64,000 nt of DNA, from IMG/VR virus record IMGVR_UViG_3300037501_000111, positions 224,001 to 288,000 of that record, one strand, 5' to 3'. The position numbers and the translations under genes are program-made. Source of the stretch: a virus. Taxonomy: Duplodnaviria; Caudoviricetes. Under the pieces are notes generated by a model. The model was not told the origin of the DNA. It did no database searches and saw only the letters and a list, made by a program, of their open reading frames with translations. Below, in pieces: positions 10,785 to 21,638 of the stretch. Numbering within the stretch: position 1 is the first letter of the stretch; the number at the start of each line of letters is the position of its first letter.

Positions 10785-13733
10785 ATGAGTAATTATCCTT
10801 TTAGTTTCGACAATAACATAACCCTCCCTGGTGTTTCTGGAAGTTCACAGGAAGATGTAGCTATTACTGCGCTTAGAAGTGCGGTTTTTGCCATTGAAAC
10901 AGAGTTGGGCGTAACGCCTAGTGGAATTTATCCAGATGTCAGAACTAGATTAGATATTTTAGAATCTAGGCTCCAATTTGGGGTTTCTCCGCAAATTCCA
11001 AATGATGGTTATGTAAAAAGTCCTTTATATATCTGGAATGTGCCTCAAAATGTAGTTTTAAGCATTAGTGACGGCTACGGCGCTCCCACCGAAAATAGAT
11101 TAGACGGCTCTCTTTATATGAGAGGTGGGGATGGTTACGCTAATAATCAACTTTATGTTAGGTTAAATGGCCAATGGAAGCCCGTTCAAACTGAACAATT
11201 TGTTGCATCAAATGATCTAATTGGATATCCTCCTGGTTCAGACGGGCATTTAGCTCAAACAGTTGTGGGTTTGTATAACCATCCATTTGCCACAACTATG
11301 AACTCTGTTGGTGCCATTCAAGATGGTTACCATGTTACCTGGAATAACTTTACCAGTCACTGGGAAGAACAAACTGGATTTATACCAGGTCGTGATTTGA
11401 TGGCATTTTCTGGCCCTTATGGCCGCACCGGTCAGCAAGTTATTGGTCTGCAAGGATTCCCATTATCAGGGTTCCCTCCAACTGACGGATATACATTAGT
11501 CTGGCAGGCATCGGATAACCGCTGGGAACCACAAGCCCGTGCAGTTGTATTCGATGGTTATGTTGCTCGTGTTAATTTGAGGTCCAACCGCGCTCAACAA
11601 TCACCAATTTTAAACACTAAGACTGGAATTGTAAACTTTGGAACTGATACAAGTGGAGCGAGCCTCGGAGCCACCAACGACTATGCTATAATTTTAGGTG
11701 GTGACAGAAACCTTTCATCCGGAATTCATGCAATCACAGTAGGCGGTTTTGCTAATAATTCTTCGGATGGCTATGCCTTAATAATTAACGGAAATTCTAA
11801 CATAGCGTCTGCCCAAAACTCGACAGTACTTAATGGAATTACCAACACAGCTAGCGGAATACGATCATTTGTACTTAATGGTACATCAAATACTGCTTCC
11901 GGTGTCAACTCGTTCGTTGGTAATGGAACTAGTAACACAGCCGCAGCTAATCTTTCTGCAATTCTAAACGGATCTTCTAATAGTATTTCTATAGGATCCA
12001 CACACACAGGTATTGGGTTTGGAACAAATAACCAAATAACAGGCGGGGCAGCTTCTCAATTCTCTGTTATTATTGGCGGCACCACAAATGTAATTTCTAG
12101 TGCAGAAAATGTTCTGATCGGCGTTCCAGATAGTTCTGATTCGGCCGCGCCACATTCTATTCTGTTATCTGGTGTAAATAACTCTATACTTACACTGTCT
12201 GATTATTCTGCGGTCTTAACCGGCGTAAATAATACAGTAAACATTTCTTCAGAATATGGATTCATTGGAACCGGTCAAAACAACAGCGTAACCGGCCACT
12301 TCTCTACTATTTTGAATGCTGATACTTCTACGGTTAATGGTCAGCACGCTACGGTTCTAAAAGGACTTAGCAACAGCGCAACTGGTCCATACTCCACTAT
12401 TGTTAATGGTAATAATAACCTTATCAATAGTGCTGGTTGGAGTATTATCCTCGATGGATACAATAATAGTGTAACTGGTACCGGCTCATTTATTGCTGAT
12501 GGTTACAATAATAGTGTTTCTGGGTTCTTTTCATCCATTCTAAATGGTAACTTCAATACTATTGCAGGTAGAAATAGCACTGTATTAAATGGTGCCAATA
12601 ATACCATAGACTCTACTAGTGCCGAGAGCACAGTTATAGTTGGAGCTAATAACTCATTCGTTAACTCGGCCAATACTACTGCAACTGGAAGTGGAAATAC
12701 TTTCACAAACGCCGCCCAGACTTTTGTAATTGGAACTACTAATAGTATTCAATCGGCCTCTTCGTTTATTAACGGTTCAACTAACACACTTGCAGCCGGA
12801 TCTATATTTAACAGAATGTTTGGCTCCTTTAACACTATTGGCGCTAATGCATCTACTAATTTTATTATTGGTAATGCAAATATTATTGGCCCATCTAATA
12901 CTACATCCAATACTATAGTACTAGGAACTAATAACTTAGTTGATAACTCTAATACAGTACTTATCAGAGGATCTAGCAATATAGCCAACTCTAATTTTGG
13001 TAGTGTAAGTGGTCAATTTGGTAAATCTAGGATGTTTGGCCAAGAAGTTAGAGCCAACTCTAGATTTACTTCTACTACCATTGCGGCTGGTTCTAACGGA
13101 GCTAGCTTGCCACAAGCTACAATTAACGTAGCATCTACCGCAGGATTTCCAGCTAGCGGATCAATTGCAGTTATTACCTCATTAGGTATGCAATCCGTGA
13201 ACTATTCTGGTACAACTGGAACTAGTTTCACAGGATGCTCTGGTGGTACTGGTACTATGTCAACTGGTAATGCAGTTGGTAAAATTGGTGAGGCTCAGTG
13301 GTCACACTTAGTATTAACTGGCATGGCTGCTGGTGGTGCGGCTGTTCCACTACAATTACAGGATGCTATTGCAGCTAATCCAACTTTTGTTGATGGTTAT
13401 TCTTATGATTTAAGCATCAAAGTGCTTATAGTAAATACATCTCCAATTACACCAAATCCTGTTGTTCCTGCAAGATATTATATTGATGTACTTGCACATC
13501 AGGAAAGTGGTGTCTTAGTTCTTGATAATATTAACTATACTTTATCTACACCTAACACGGTAGATAGTATATCTAGAACGCCTTGGACAGTTACAGTTTC
13601 TACCAATGGCGCTAACCAAATGTTAGTTACGGTTGATACCGAATCAATTACTTCCTACGTGCAACCAAGCAATACTCCATCTGACAGAAGGGCAATTGCT
13701 ACGATTGAAATGCGAGAAATTTCGAGAATATAA
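10785..13733 (+). CDS. Tail fibre-like protein with YadA-head-like beta-roll repeats (982 aa)
   Basis: Long run of ~14-15 aa NxASGxxSxIxNGxxN repeats; one TTIAAGSNGASLPQATINVAST module; N-terminus shared with 9297..10679. Confidence 0.7.
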   Translation: MSNYPFSFDNNITLPGVSGSSQEDVAITALRSAVFAIETELGVTPSGIYPDVRTRLDILESRLQFGVSPQIPNDGYVKSPLYIWNVPQNVVLSISDGYGAPTENRLDGSLYMRGGDGYANNQLYVRLNGQWKPVQTEQFVASNDLIGYPPGSDGHLAQTVVGLYNHPFATTMNSVGAIQDGYHVTWNNFTSHWEEQTGFIPGRDLMAFSGPYGRTGQQVIGLQGFPLSGFPPTDGYTLVWQASDNRWEPQARAVVFDGYVARVNLRSNRAQQSPILNTKTGIVNFGTDTSGASLGATNDYAIILGGDRNLSSGIHAITVGGFANNSSDGYALIINGNSNIASAQNSTVLNGITNTASGIRSFVLNGTSNTASGVNSFVGNGTSNTAAANLSAILNGSSNSISIGSTHTGIGFGTNNQITGGAASQFSVIIGGTTNVISSAENVLIGVPDSSDSAAPHSILLSGVNNSILTLSDYSAVLTGVNNTVNISSEYGFIGTGQNNSVTGHFSTILNADTSTVNGQHATVLKGLSNSATGPYSTIVNGNNNLINSAGWSIILDGYNNSVTGTGSFIADGYNNSVSGFFSSILNGNFNTIAGRNSTVLNGANNTIDSTSAESTVIVGANNSFVNSANTTATGSGNTFTNAAQTFVIGTTNSIQSASSFINGSTNTLAAGSIFNRMFGSFNTIGANASTNFIIGNANIIGPSNTTSNTIVLGTNNLVDNSNTVLIRGSSNIANSNFGSVSGQFGKSRMFGQEVRANSRFTSTTIAAGSNGASLPQATINVASTAGFPASGSIAVITSLGMQSVNYSGTTGTSFTGCSGGTGTMSTGNAVGKIGEAQWSHLVLTGMAAGGAAVPLQLQDAIAANPTFVDGYSYDLSIKVLIVNTSPITPNPVVPARYYIDVLAHQESGVLVLDNINYTLSTPNTVDSISRTPWTVTVSTNGANQMLVTVDTESITSYVQPSNTPSDRRAIATIEMREISRI

Positions 13734-14161
13734 TGGCAACAACAGTTAGAACTACAAGAACATTAGCTCTGCCCGATATGTCGGACAGATATCCAAGTAA
13801 TAATCCTCCTGACGGCTACATTCTTACTTTCAGTGGTGCGGACGGTTATTACCTCGCAAAACCTTTATCTAGAATTTTAGCAATTAGTTCACCAAACTCT
13901 CCATATACTCCAACAACTGAAGATGTTGTTCTAGTTCCTAATCATGTTGGAGTTTTTACAATCAATTTGCCACTGGGTCAAACTCCAGGAAAAACTTTTT
14001 ACATTAAGGACTTTGCGGGAGTGGCTGCCGCTAATAATATTGTAGTTTCTGGCAACGGAAATAATATTGATGGCGCCCCAAGCCAAACTCTAAATGTAAA
14101 TTATAGTGGAATACAAGTTATTTGGAGCGGTGCCAGTTGGGCAATTCTCGCTAACATCTAA
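13733..14161 (+). CDS. Small fibre-associated protein
   Basis: FTINLPxxxTPGKTFYIKDFAGVAAANNIVVSGNGNNIDG domain, also found at the C-terminus of 14231..18898; TAATG coupling to the upstream gene. Confidence 0.7.
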   Translation: MATTVRTTRTLALPDMSDRYPSNNPPDGYILTFSGADGYYLAKPLSRILAISSPNSPYTPTTEDVVLVPNHVGVFTINLPLGQTPGKTFYIKDFAGVAAANNIVVSGNGNNIDGAPSQTLNVNYSGIQVIWSGASWAILANI

Positions 14162-14230
14162 TAACCATCAAAATTCTACGCATTTAGAATAGGGATAATC
14201 TAATAAAGAGACATCTCTCTAGGAGATTCT

Positions 14231-17200
14231 ATGGCAATACAGTACTATATGCGAGCCTACAATACGACTTTGTCCCAATATGTGGAATGGGTCGTAAATG
14301 ACGCGCCAGACAGTATAGGAACATTTTCTGGTTACCCAACAAACCAGTTAGTTAACATTATTGTCAACAGAATAGTACAGTCAAAAGTTGAGAATTTTCT
14401 AAAACCAAATCAATCACTTGGTGGCACTGATGGCCTTTTCTTTCACGTCAATAGCTATGACTGGAGAAATGCAGTTACCCCGATTCCTCCACCAACTGGA
14501 TTGACTGGATTTCAAATTGAACGAGGCGTAAACTTTATTGCCAGCATTACCGCGGCCTCTAACGCTTCGCCAATCAATATTACTACAGCCACTAACCATG
14601 GTTTGGTAACTGGTCAAATTGTAACTATTAATGGTGTTACTGGAAATGTAGCCGCTAATGGTAGCTGGCCAATTACTGTTCTTGGGCCAACTAATTTTAC
14701 ACTGAATGGTTCTGTAGGTAGTGGAGCCTCTTCTCCGGGCGGAAATGTTTTTACCCCAAGAGATATGTCATCTCTTATTTGGGACGAAACCAACGCTTTA
14801 TGGCGCTTCGTTTTTAACACCAATGGTGATGGTACTTCTCTTGGAGCATCGCAATCCTTAGTTGTAAATAACTTATTTGTTGATGGATTTTTAGCTCTAG
14901 GAATAGATCCTGCCGACACTGGTATTATCAGAATTCCTAATAATCAATATATTTTCTCAGAATCTAATCCAACCGGTATCGATATTCAATTAATCGGTGC
15001 TGACTTATTTAATAGGGTAAAACTTGGTAGTACAGTTACTGATATTGTTTATACTCCTGGTGTAATGGTAGTAGATGGATATGTTCAACATGATGGCACC
15101 AGCGATAACGTTGCAGCTTCAACTGGATTTATCCGTGAACTAAACAATACAAACATTGTTGCTTTCAAGAATGTTAACCAAGCATTTACTGATATCGTTG
15201 CACTAGGGTCTAATACATTCAATAATGTTATTATTGGTGATACGGTTAACACTGGAACCATTCACAATACAGCTAGTGGTACATTTAGCATTACTGCCGC
15301 TACTGCCGCAAACCCTGTTCAAATTACAGTATCTACTCCAACTACATTTGTAACTGGACAAAGCGTTACGATTAATGGTATCACTGGTACTATTGGTACT
15401 GACCCAACTAACGGATTGAATGGAAAAACATTCTCGATTGTAGTACTAAATACTACTCAGTTTACCCTAACTGGCTCTAACGGTACTGGTTTAGCCTATA
15501 CCAGTGGTGGCACAGTTACAACTAATAACGTTCACTCATTTCAAGTTGGCGGAAACACTCAAGTAGAAATTGGTGCACCATTCGTTAGATTTCCGTCATC
15601 TATAATTGCTCCGTTTATTTTACAATCTACAGCAGCAGTATCTACCAGTGGTCAAAATATGACCATTCAGTCACAGAATGCTGGATTGGGTGGCAGCAAT
15701 GGTGGTAATTTAACACTTACTACTGGTACTGGAACTACTAACGGTCTTATCAATTTGCAAACTGGTGGAGTAACTAGAGTTACCTTGAGTGATACTACTG
15801 AAACTCATATTCATCAGACAATTACTTTTGCTAACACTATTGCAAATCCAATTATTACTCAGGATACGACTTCTTCTGCCGCAGGTACTACACTAACTGT
15901 ACAAGCGCAAGCAACTTCATTAGCAGCTTCTGCTGGAGGAAATTTAGCACTAAGTTCTGGTATTGGTACATCACAATCTGGAAACGTCTTCATTCAGACT
16001 GGCGGAACAACACAGATCGTTGTATCGCCATTGACTATCGCACCAAGTGATTCTACCTTTGGTCCACCGACCACAGGCACTGTTATTATTAAAGGTAACT
16101 TAGAAGTTCAAGGGTCGATGACTACCGTAGAAAGTACGGTTGTTGATATTATTGGTAGAGTAATTCATGCTAATTGGGCTGATCCAATAAGTTCACCAAA
16201 CATATCGCCTTCTACACAGATAACTGGCTATAGTATCCATCGTGGTAATTTTGGAAGCGGTATTCCTCGTGATGGTAGCGCCTGGATTTGGACTGAGAAT
16301 CCAGATGGTTATTCGCATGCTGGCGCAGATGGATATTGGAGAGCAGTGACCATTCCTGGTGATGGTATTGGCACTGACAATTTTACAATTGCCAACTCTT
16401 TAAATATTGTTGGAGTTATGGGTAATGATTTTGCTGCTAGTTCTGATCCAAATCCTCTATCAGGATATTTGGCTGGTACCGGCAGTTTAAGAACCGCTAA
16501 TAACGTACCTGTAGCTGTTTCAAGAAACCTAACTGCAAGTACAACTGTTGCTGCCGCGTCTAATTTAACTACATTACCTCAAGCAACAATTAACGTAGTA
16601 TCTACGACCGGATTCACCAGTTCTGGTACGCTATTAATTCTATCTTCTACTGGTGTTCAAACGGTAACATACACTGGCACAACTGGAACAAGTTTTACCG
16701 GTGCAACTGGTGGTACAGGTCAAATTATTACTGGAAGTATTGTTGGACAAACTAATAGATCAACTACATTTAATGGAACTAACGGCACTACACTACCAAC
16801 AGCTACAATTACTGTAGCTTCCACTACCGGTTTCCCAGCTTCTGGAACTCTGCGTGTAGTAAGTCGTACTAGCAATAACTCTATTTCTCCACCAAGTGTA
16901 CAAGTAATTACTTACACTGGTACAACCGCTACTACATTTACTGGATGTTCTGGTGGTACGGGGTTCTTGTTTATTGGCGATTCTGTCACCAGCGTTCCAC
17001 CAGTTGGAACTCAAGATTTAGTTTTGTTAGGAACTGATTTTGGTAATCGCATCCTACACGGGTCTCCAAATAGTAATACTGGCCATATCTTCGATACACC
17101 AACTGGATTTTTCTATGACTTCCAGATTAATAGTATCTCTCAACTACAGGTTAGAGGCGATCTTGATTCGGATAGCTTTACCAGAACTTTAACAATTGCT

Positions 17201-18898
17201 CCAACTGTTAATACCCCAAAACTATATCAGGTTGTTAGACCTGATACTGGTGCAAATGCTGGATTTAATCTGGGCGTATTTGCTCAGGCGGGACAGCAAC
17301 AAACTGGCGCAAACGCCAATAACAATGGTGGAAATCTAGTTATTGGTTCTGGTACTGCTGGTACGGGTGGTAGCGGCGCAGCAGGAACTCATGGTACAGT
17401 TGATATTCAAACTGGCCCAACTCTCAAGGTCAGAATTTTCCCAACAGATGCAGCATCTCCGGGACCAAGTGCTAACGATAATAGCATTTTGTACTTCGAG
17501 AATTTGTTTAGAGTCGATACTGCTCAACTAACTCCATTATTTAGGCAAGATGATACTGGTGGTGCAACCGGCCAAACCTACACTATTCAAGCGCAAAATG
17601 CCGCTACAACTGGTGGTGCCCTAATACTAACTTCTGGTACAGGAGCTACTACAGCCGGTGATGTTCAAATTAGAACTGGTGGTGTTGATAAAGTTATTGT
17701 TCATCCATTGTTCACCGAGTTTAGAGATACTGCTGAGGCACTGCGTATCACTCCGGTATCTGCTGGTACAACTCAGATTACATACGCCTCTACTGTAACA
17801 TCTGCCCAGGTTAATCACACTCAGACTGCGTCTACACCAAGTGCGCCGATGACAATCCAGTCTCAGGTGACTACGGCAGCAAGCGGTATTGGTGGAAATC
17901 TAATCTTAATTGCAGGTAATGCAACTGGTACAACTTCTACTGGTGGAAATGCAATACTAACTTCTGGAACTGGTACCACTGTAGCTGGCAATACTCAACT
18001 ACAAACTGGCGGTGTGGACAGAGTAGTTGTACACCCAACATTTACTGAGTTTAGAGATGCTGCTGAAGCTTTACGTATTACTCCAGTATCTGCTGGCACT
18101 ACACAAGTCACATTCGCTTCTACAGTAACTGCTGCTCAGATCAACCAGACCACTACAGGCGGTGCAACTGGCACTAACATGACTGTTCAGGCTCAGAACG
18201 CAGCAACCACTGGTGGTAATCTAGTTCTAACTTCTGGTACAGCAACTACTGCTGGTAATATTCAATTACAAACTGGCGCGGTTGATAGGGTAGTTATTCA
18301 CCCAACGTTCACCGAATTCAGAGACGCTGCTGAGGCATATCGCATTACTCCGGTTTCGTCTGGTGCAACTACGTTGCAAGCCGCAAGCACTGCAACTTCT
18401 GTTACCTACAGACAAGCAGATCTTACTACCGCATCCGGTACTGGAGCAACTACAACAGTTCAGGCTCAAAATGAAACTGGCACTACCTCTACGGGTGGAG
18501 ATCTTAACCTTACCTCAGGTACAGGAACTTCTAATAATGGAAATGTTAACCTACAAGCTGGTGGCGTAACTACTGCTAGGGTAACAACAAATAAGGTTGT
18601 TTACCTAAAGGGGCAGAGAAGAAATGTAACCAGCGTAACTGGTACTTATCAAGTTTTGGTAACTGATGATTACATTGCAATCACCACTCTAGCATCGCCA
18701 TTCACGATCACCTTACCAGCATCCCCAACGACCGGCGATGCCTACACTATTAAAGATGCAGTAGGAAATGCAGCTACCAATAACGTAACAGTTTCAGGTA
18801 ACGGGGCCAATATTGATGGGGCTGCTTCAATCGTATTGAGTCAGAATTATGCGGCTGTAGAGTTAACCTACACCGGAACTCAGTGGAGCATAAGCTAA
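14231..18898 (+). CDS. Giant tail fibre-like protein (1555 aa)
   Basis: Two FCCH-like modules, two LPxATIxVxSTTGF modules, many GGNLxLTSGTGT repeats, three near-identical VHPxFTEFRDxAEAxRITPVSxG repeats, and a C-terminal ITLPASPTTGD...IKD...NIDG domain. Confidence 0.75.
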   Translation: MAIQYYMRAYNTTLSQYVEWVVNDAPDSIGTFSGYPTNQLVNIIVNRIVQSKVENFLKPNQSLGGTDGLFFHVNSYDWRNAVTPIPPPTGLTGFQIERGVNFIASITAASNASPINITTATNHGLVTGQIVTINGVTGNVAANGSWPITVLGPTNFTLNGSVGSGASSPGGNVFTPRDMSSLIWDETNALWRFVFNTNGDGTSLGASQSLVVNNLFVDGFLALGIDPADTGIIRIPNNQYIFSESNPTGIDIQLIGADLFNRVKLGSTVTDIVYTPGVMVVDGYVQHDGTSDNVAASTGFIRELNNTNIVAFKNVNQAFTDIVALGSNTFNNVIIGDTVNTGTIHNTASGTFSITAATAANPVQITVSTPTTFVTGQSVTINGITGTIGTDPTNGLNGKTFSIVVLNTTQFTLTGSNGTGLAYTSGGTVTTNNVHSFQVGGNTQVEIGAPFVRFPSSIIAPFILQSTAAVSTSGQNMTIQSQNAGLGGSNGGNLTLTTGTGTTNGLINLQTGGVTRVTLSDTTETHIHQTITFANTIANPIITQDTTSSAAGTTLTVQAQATSLAASAGGNLALSSGIGTSQSGNVFIQTGGTTQIVVSPLTIAPSDSTFGPPTTGTVIIKGNLEVQGSMTTVESTVVDIIGRVIHANWADPISSPNISPSTQITGYSIHRGNFGSGIPRDGSAWIWTENPDGYSHAGADGYWRAVTIPGDGIGTDNFTIANSLNIVGVMGNDFAASSDPNPLSGYLAGTGSLRTANNVPVAVSRNLTASTTVAAASNLTTLPQATINVVSTTGFTSSGTLLILSSTGVQTVTYTGTTGTSFTGATGGTGQIITGSIVGQTNRSTTFNGTNGTTLPTATITVASTTGFPASGTLRVVSRTSNNSISPPSVQVITYTGTTATTFTGCSGGTGFLFIGDSVTSVPPVGTQDLVLLGTDFGNRILHGSPNSNTGHIFDTPTGFFYDFQINSISQLQVRGDLDSDSFTRTLTIAPTVNTPKLYQVVRPDTGANAGFNLGVFAQAGQQQTGANANNNGGNLVIGSGTAGTGGSGAAGTHGTVDIQTGPTLKVRIFPTDAASPGPSANDNSILYFENLFRVDTAQLTPLFRQDDTGGATGQTYTIQAQNAATTGGALILTSGTGATTAGDVQIRTGGVDKVIVHPLFTEFRDTAEALRITPVSAGTTQITYASTVTSAQVNHTQTASTPSAPMTIQSQVTTAASGIGGNLILIAGNATGTTSTGGNAILTSGTGTTVAGNTQLQTGGVDRVVVHPTFTEFRDAAEALRITPVSAGTTQVTFASTVTAAQINQTTTGGATGTNMTVQAQNAATTGGNLVLTSGTATTAGNIQLQTGAVDRVVIHPTFTEFRDAAEAYRITPVSSGATTLQAASTATSVTYRQADLTTASGTGATTTVQAQNETGTTSTGGDLNLTSGTGTSNNGNVNLQAGGVTTARVTTNKVVYLKGQRRNVTSVTGTYQVLVTDDYIAITTLASPFTITLPASPTTGDAYTIKDAVGNAATNNVTVSGNGANIDGAASIVLSQNYAAVELTYTGTQWSIS

Positions 18899-19464
18899 TG
18901 AGTTATAGATATTTTGATGGTTATGTAAATCCTGGGCCAGATGGCTACATTAGAATTTCTAGTGATGGCTATAGCATCATTACATCTGATGGATATAATG
19001 TTGCCTTCTTCACTCAGAGCGGAACAGTCTTTGATTCTGCAAAGGGAATTATATATTTGCTTGATAGAACTGTGGCGCCTACATTTGGACCAGCCGGTGG
19101 TGGTTGGCTATATGCAGAAGCAGGAGATGCCTATTGGTACGCTAGTAATAGTATGGTTCAATCCATATCAGGTACACGAATAGTACGACAACTAACAGCA
19201 GATGCAAATTACACTGCAGTACAAGCAGATTATCAAGCCCGAATAATGGAATTCACAAGTTCTCTAAGCTTAACAGCTACAAGAGATATAGTCGTGCCAC
19301 TTGTTTCTGGTTATGAGTGGATTGTGTTCAATAATACAACTGGGGCCCAATCTTTACAATTCATTGGAGCAACTGGTACTGGAGTTACTGTAGCTAACGG
19401 CAAGAGAGCTATTATCTATGCTGACGGCACTAACATTGTCAGGGTAACAGCAGATAACCCGTAA
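18898..19464 (+). CDS. Fibre-associated hypothetical protein
   Basis: Start at MSYRYFDGY by TAATG coupling; four DGY motifs in the first 35 aa; C-terminal LTATRDIVVP...NNTTGAQSL...GVTVANGKRAIIYADGTNIV domain typical of phage tail proteins. Confidence 0.65.
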   Translation: MSYRYFDGYVNPGPDGYIRISSDGYSIITSDGYNVAFFTQSGTVFDSAKGIIYLLDRTVAPTFGPAGGGWLYAEAGDAYWYASNSMVQSISGTRIVRQLTADANYTAVQADYQARIMEFTSSLSLTATRDIVVPLVSGYEWIVFNNTTGAQSLQFIGATGTGVTVANGKRAIIYADGTNIVRVTADNP

Positions 19465-19468
19465 CTAT

Positions 19469-19978
19469 CTAGACTCTCTCGTATATTACAACCATAGCTT
19501 TTAAATCTTCCTTTTCGGGAGCTAGCTTCAGTATTTGCTTGATATTAAATTCTAATGGATTAATCCATGGGAAACGTGCAGATTCTTGGCCATATGTGGC
19601 ATCAATCCAATTTGGAACGACAGTTAAATGAATTTCTTCGGCAAATTCCATACCAGCTTCATAAATACGTTCACCACCCATAATCCAAACATCTTTATTA
19701 TTATCGCAAGTATCAAGTGCTTCTGGCACAGATGCAAACACTTCAATACCATCATTGTTCAAAACTCCAAGCCCATTAGCTAAGCGGCTGATGACTATGT
19801 TTCTTCGATTGGGTAAGGGCCTACTATTGATGGATTCAAAAGTTTTCCTACCCATGATAACCGTAGAGTTCTTTGTTTTATTAGCAAAGAGCCTCATGTC
19901 CTCTGGATAATGCCATGGTAATTTCCCATCTAGACCAATATATCCATTTTGTGAGACGGCTGCAATCATTTTAATCAT
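19469..19978 (-). CDS. folA: Dihydrofolate reductase
   Basis: IAAVSQNGYIG..GKLPWHYPED, VIMGRKTFESI..RPLPNRRNIVISR, VWIMGGERIY, C-terminal YER. Confidence 0.95.
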   Translation of the reverse strand: MIKMIAAVSQNGYIGLDGKLPWHYPEDMRLFANKTKNSTVIMGRKTFESINSRPLPNRRNIVISRLANGLGVLNNDGIEVFASVPEALDTCDNNKDVWIMGGERIYEAGMEFAEEIHLTVVPNWIDATYGQESARFPWINPLEFNIKQILKLAPEKEDLKAMVVIYERV

Positions 19979-19987
19979 AGCAATACC

Positions 19988-20345
19988 TTATATAAATGCC
20001 GATAGTTTTTTTAGTCTTATTATTTCTTGAGTTAGTTCTGCAAGAAATTCTTCCTGGTTAATATCTTTATCTATACGCAATCTCTCTTCAAATTTGCACA
20101 TGACGGTTGGCTCTAAAGCTATATTGAACCCTATTACAATATACCATGAACTCTTTGGCATCCTCGTAATAACTCGAAGCGCTTGCAAAGCAATGTCTTG
20201 AATAGAGACTGCTGCCCATGGTCCTCCCCAATATTCCATGCCAGTAAAAACCTATAGCATACCCCTGGTTAGTTTTAATTATCTCAGAACCACTAGAGCC
20301 AAACACACCAGGTAAAGCTCCGGTCATTCCAGAAATATTAGCCAT
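19988..20345 (-). pseudogene. Hypothetical protein ending ...IIRLKKLSAFI, split by one apparent homopolymer indel
   Basis: ATG at 20345 overlaps the thyX stop; removing one base from the A5 run at 20246-20250 joins MANISGMTG...GYAIGF to TGMEYWGGPW... (118 aa). May be an assembly error. Confidence 0.5.
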
Positions 20346-20985
20346 AAATTTTTTCCTTAGTCCAACCAAATGCATCTAACGATAGTTTAAAAGCATCAGT
20401 ATCAGAAACTTGTTTTAGCATTGCTTTAGCTAAATTTTGCACTTCGAGTTGGGCGCTTTCTTCATTACGCAATCCTTGGAAATGCATAAAAGATCGGAAA
20501 TTAAACATTACGTCAGCCGTTAGTTGGTGATTGTAAGGTAGATAGAAACGTGCGCTTTCTTTAGCACGTTTACGACTATACCCTTTTGCAACTAATCTTT
20601 CCAGAGTGACATGATATTTCTTGAAGGATTCATTATAGTGATCTAATAGTAACGCCTGCTCTTCTTCCGGCCAATCTTGTGGAATGAAACCCTTTTCTTC
20701 TTGTAGTTTCTTGTAGCGAGCTGATTCGCCATTTACTGAAACACCAATTCTGTGTTTAAGAATATGAATATGTGTTGCAATGTCCGTGGTGACTAGGAAG
20801 TGTAAAGAGGATTTTTCAAATGGAGTATGATGCCCATTCTCTGCCAGCATGATAAGTAATTTTCCCATGCGACCTTTCTTCTCTTCAGTCAAATCTCTAG
20901 AAGTTGAAGTCCAGGCGGAGAGCGCATGTGTTTCATCAGAGCCGTAGTAGCCTACTAGCTCTACTAAATTGTCATGTTCTTTCAT
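20338..20985 (-). CDS. thyX: Flavin-dependent thymidylate synthase
   Basis: GHHTPFE, HILKHRIGVSVNGESARY (RHR-x7-SxR-like signature), RESARFYLP, NFRSFMHFQGLR...AQLEVQNLA. Confidence 0.92.
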   Translation of the reverse strand: MKEHDNLVELVGYYGSDETHALSAWTSTSRDLTEEKKGRMGKLLIMLAENGHHTPFEKSSLHFLVTTDIATHIHILKHRIGVSVNGESARYKKLQEEKGFIPQDWPEEEQALLLDHYNESFKKYHVTLERLVAKGYSRKRAKESARFYLPYNHQLTADVMFNFRSFMHFQGLRNEESAQLEVQNLAKAMLKQVSDTDAFKLSLDAFGWTKEKIYG

Positions 20986-20997
20986 GTCTTATCCTAA

Positions 20998-21636
20998 TTA
21001 TTTAGCTGTTGTTATCAAATCAGAAATCATCTTGTTCAAAGCAGGATCAGAGGCGGACTCCGGGTTACCAGCTTTAATATTGGCAGCTTCTGCCGCAAAT
21101 CTTGCATCCTCGCCAAATGGCATCATCCAGTAATATGACGAGTTCTTAAAATTGTTTGCATAATATGGTCCAGAAAGTGATGGATCTATTCCGTGTAGTT
21201 CGTAACCAACTCTCATACTAACAAAATAAGCCCTTCTCTCCGAAGACGCTCTAAAGGGAGCTGGCCAGGGCGCTAAGCACAATAAAGATAAAGGTATTAC
21301 AATCTTCCAAGATAGAAGAAATAGTAACAGTAACATAGGAAGTGCTAGAATTTGAGGGAACAAATAGCCAAGCTTAAACTTTGTGCCCAATCTCTTTTCA
21401 TCGTATATGTGGGTACATTCGTGAATAAAAACACCAGTTACAGATTTGTCTTCTACATATTCTTTACTTGGAAAATAAATGGTGTCACCAATAGTAGTAA
21501 CAAATGAAGTCATAAATGCTGGATTAAAAAACATCAACATTCCAAGAAACTTCATGAAAGGATCTTGGTCTTTGTATTTGATTTTCAAATTAGGAAAGTA
21601 AATCTGAGCTTTTGCGACGAGTTCATTAAATGCCAT
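20998..21636 (-). CDS. Membrane protein with HExxH zincin-like motif
   Basis: TTIGDTIYFP...FIHECTHIYD, then a hydrophobic hairpin and a distal E (SERRAY). Confidence 0.5.
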   Translation of the reverse strand: MAFNELVAKAQIYFPNLKIKYKDQDPFMKFLGMLMFFNPAFMTSFVTTIGDTIYFPSKEYVEDKSVTGVFIHECTHIYDEKRLGTKFKLGYLFPQILALPMLLLLFLLSWKIVIPLSLLCLAPWPAPFRASSERRAYFVSMRVGYELHGIDPSLSGPYYANNFKNSSYYWMMPFGEDARFAAEAANIKAGNPESASDPALNKMISDLITTAK

Positions 21637-21638
21637 GT

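Noticed and set aside
18-18569. Short ORFs antisense to the fibre genes (e.g. 18..251, 885..1364, 3882..4214, 9886..10194)
   Set aside because: They overlap long, module-bearing genes on the opposite strand and read as V/P-rich reverse translations.
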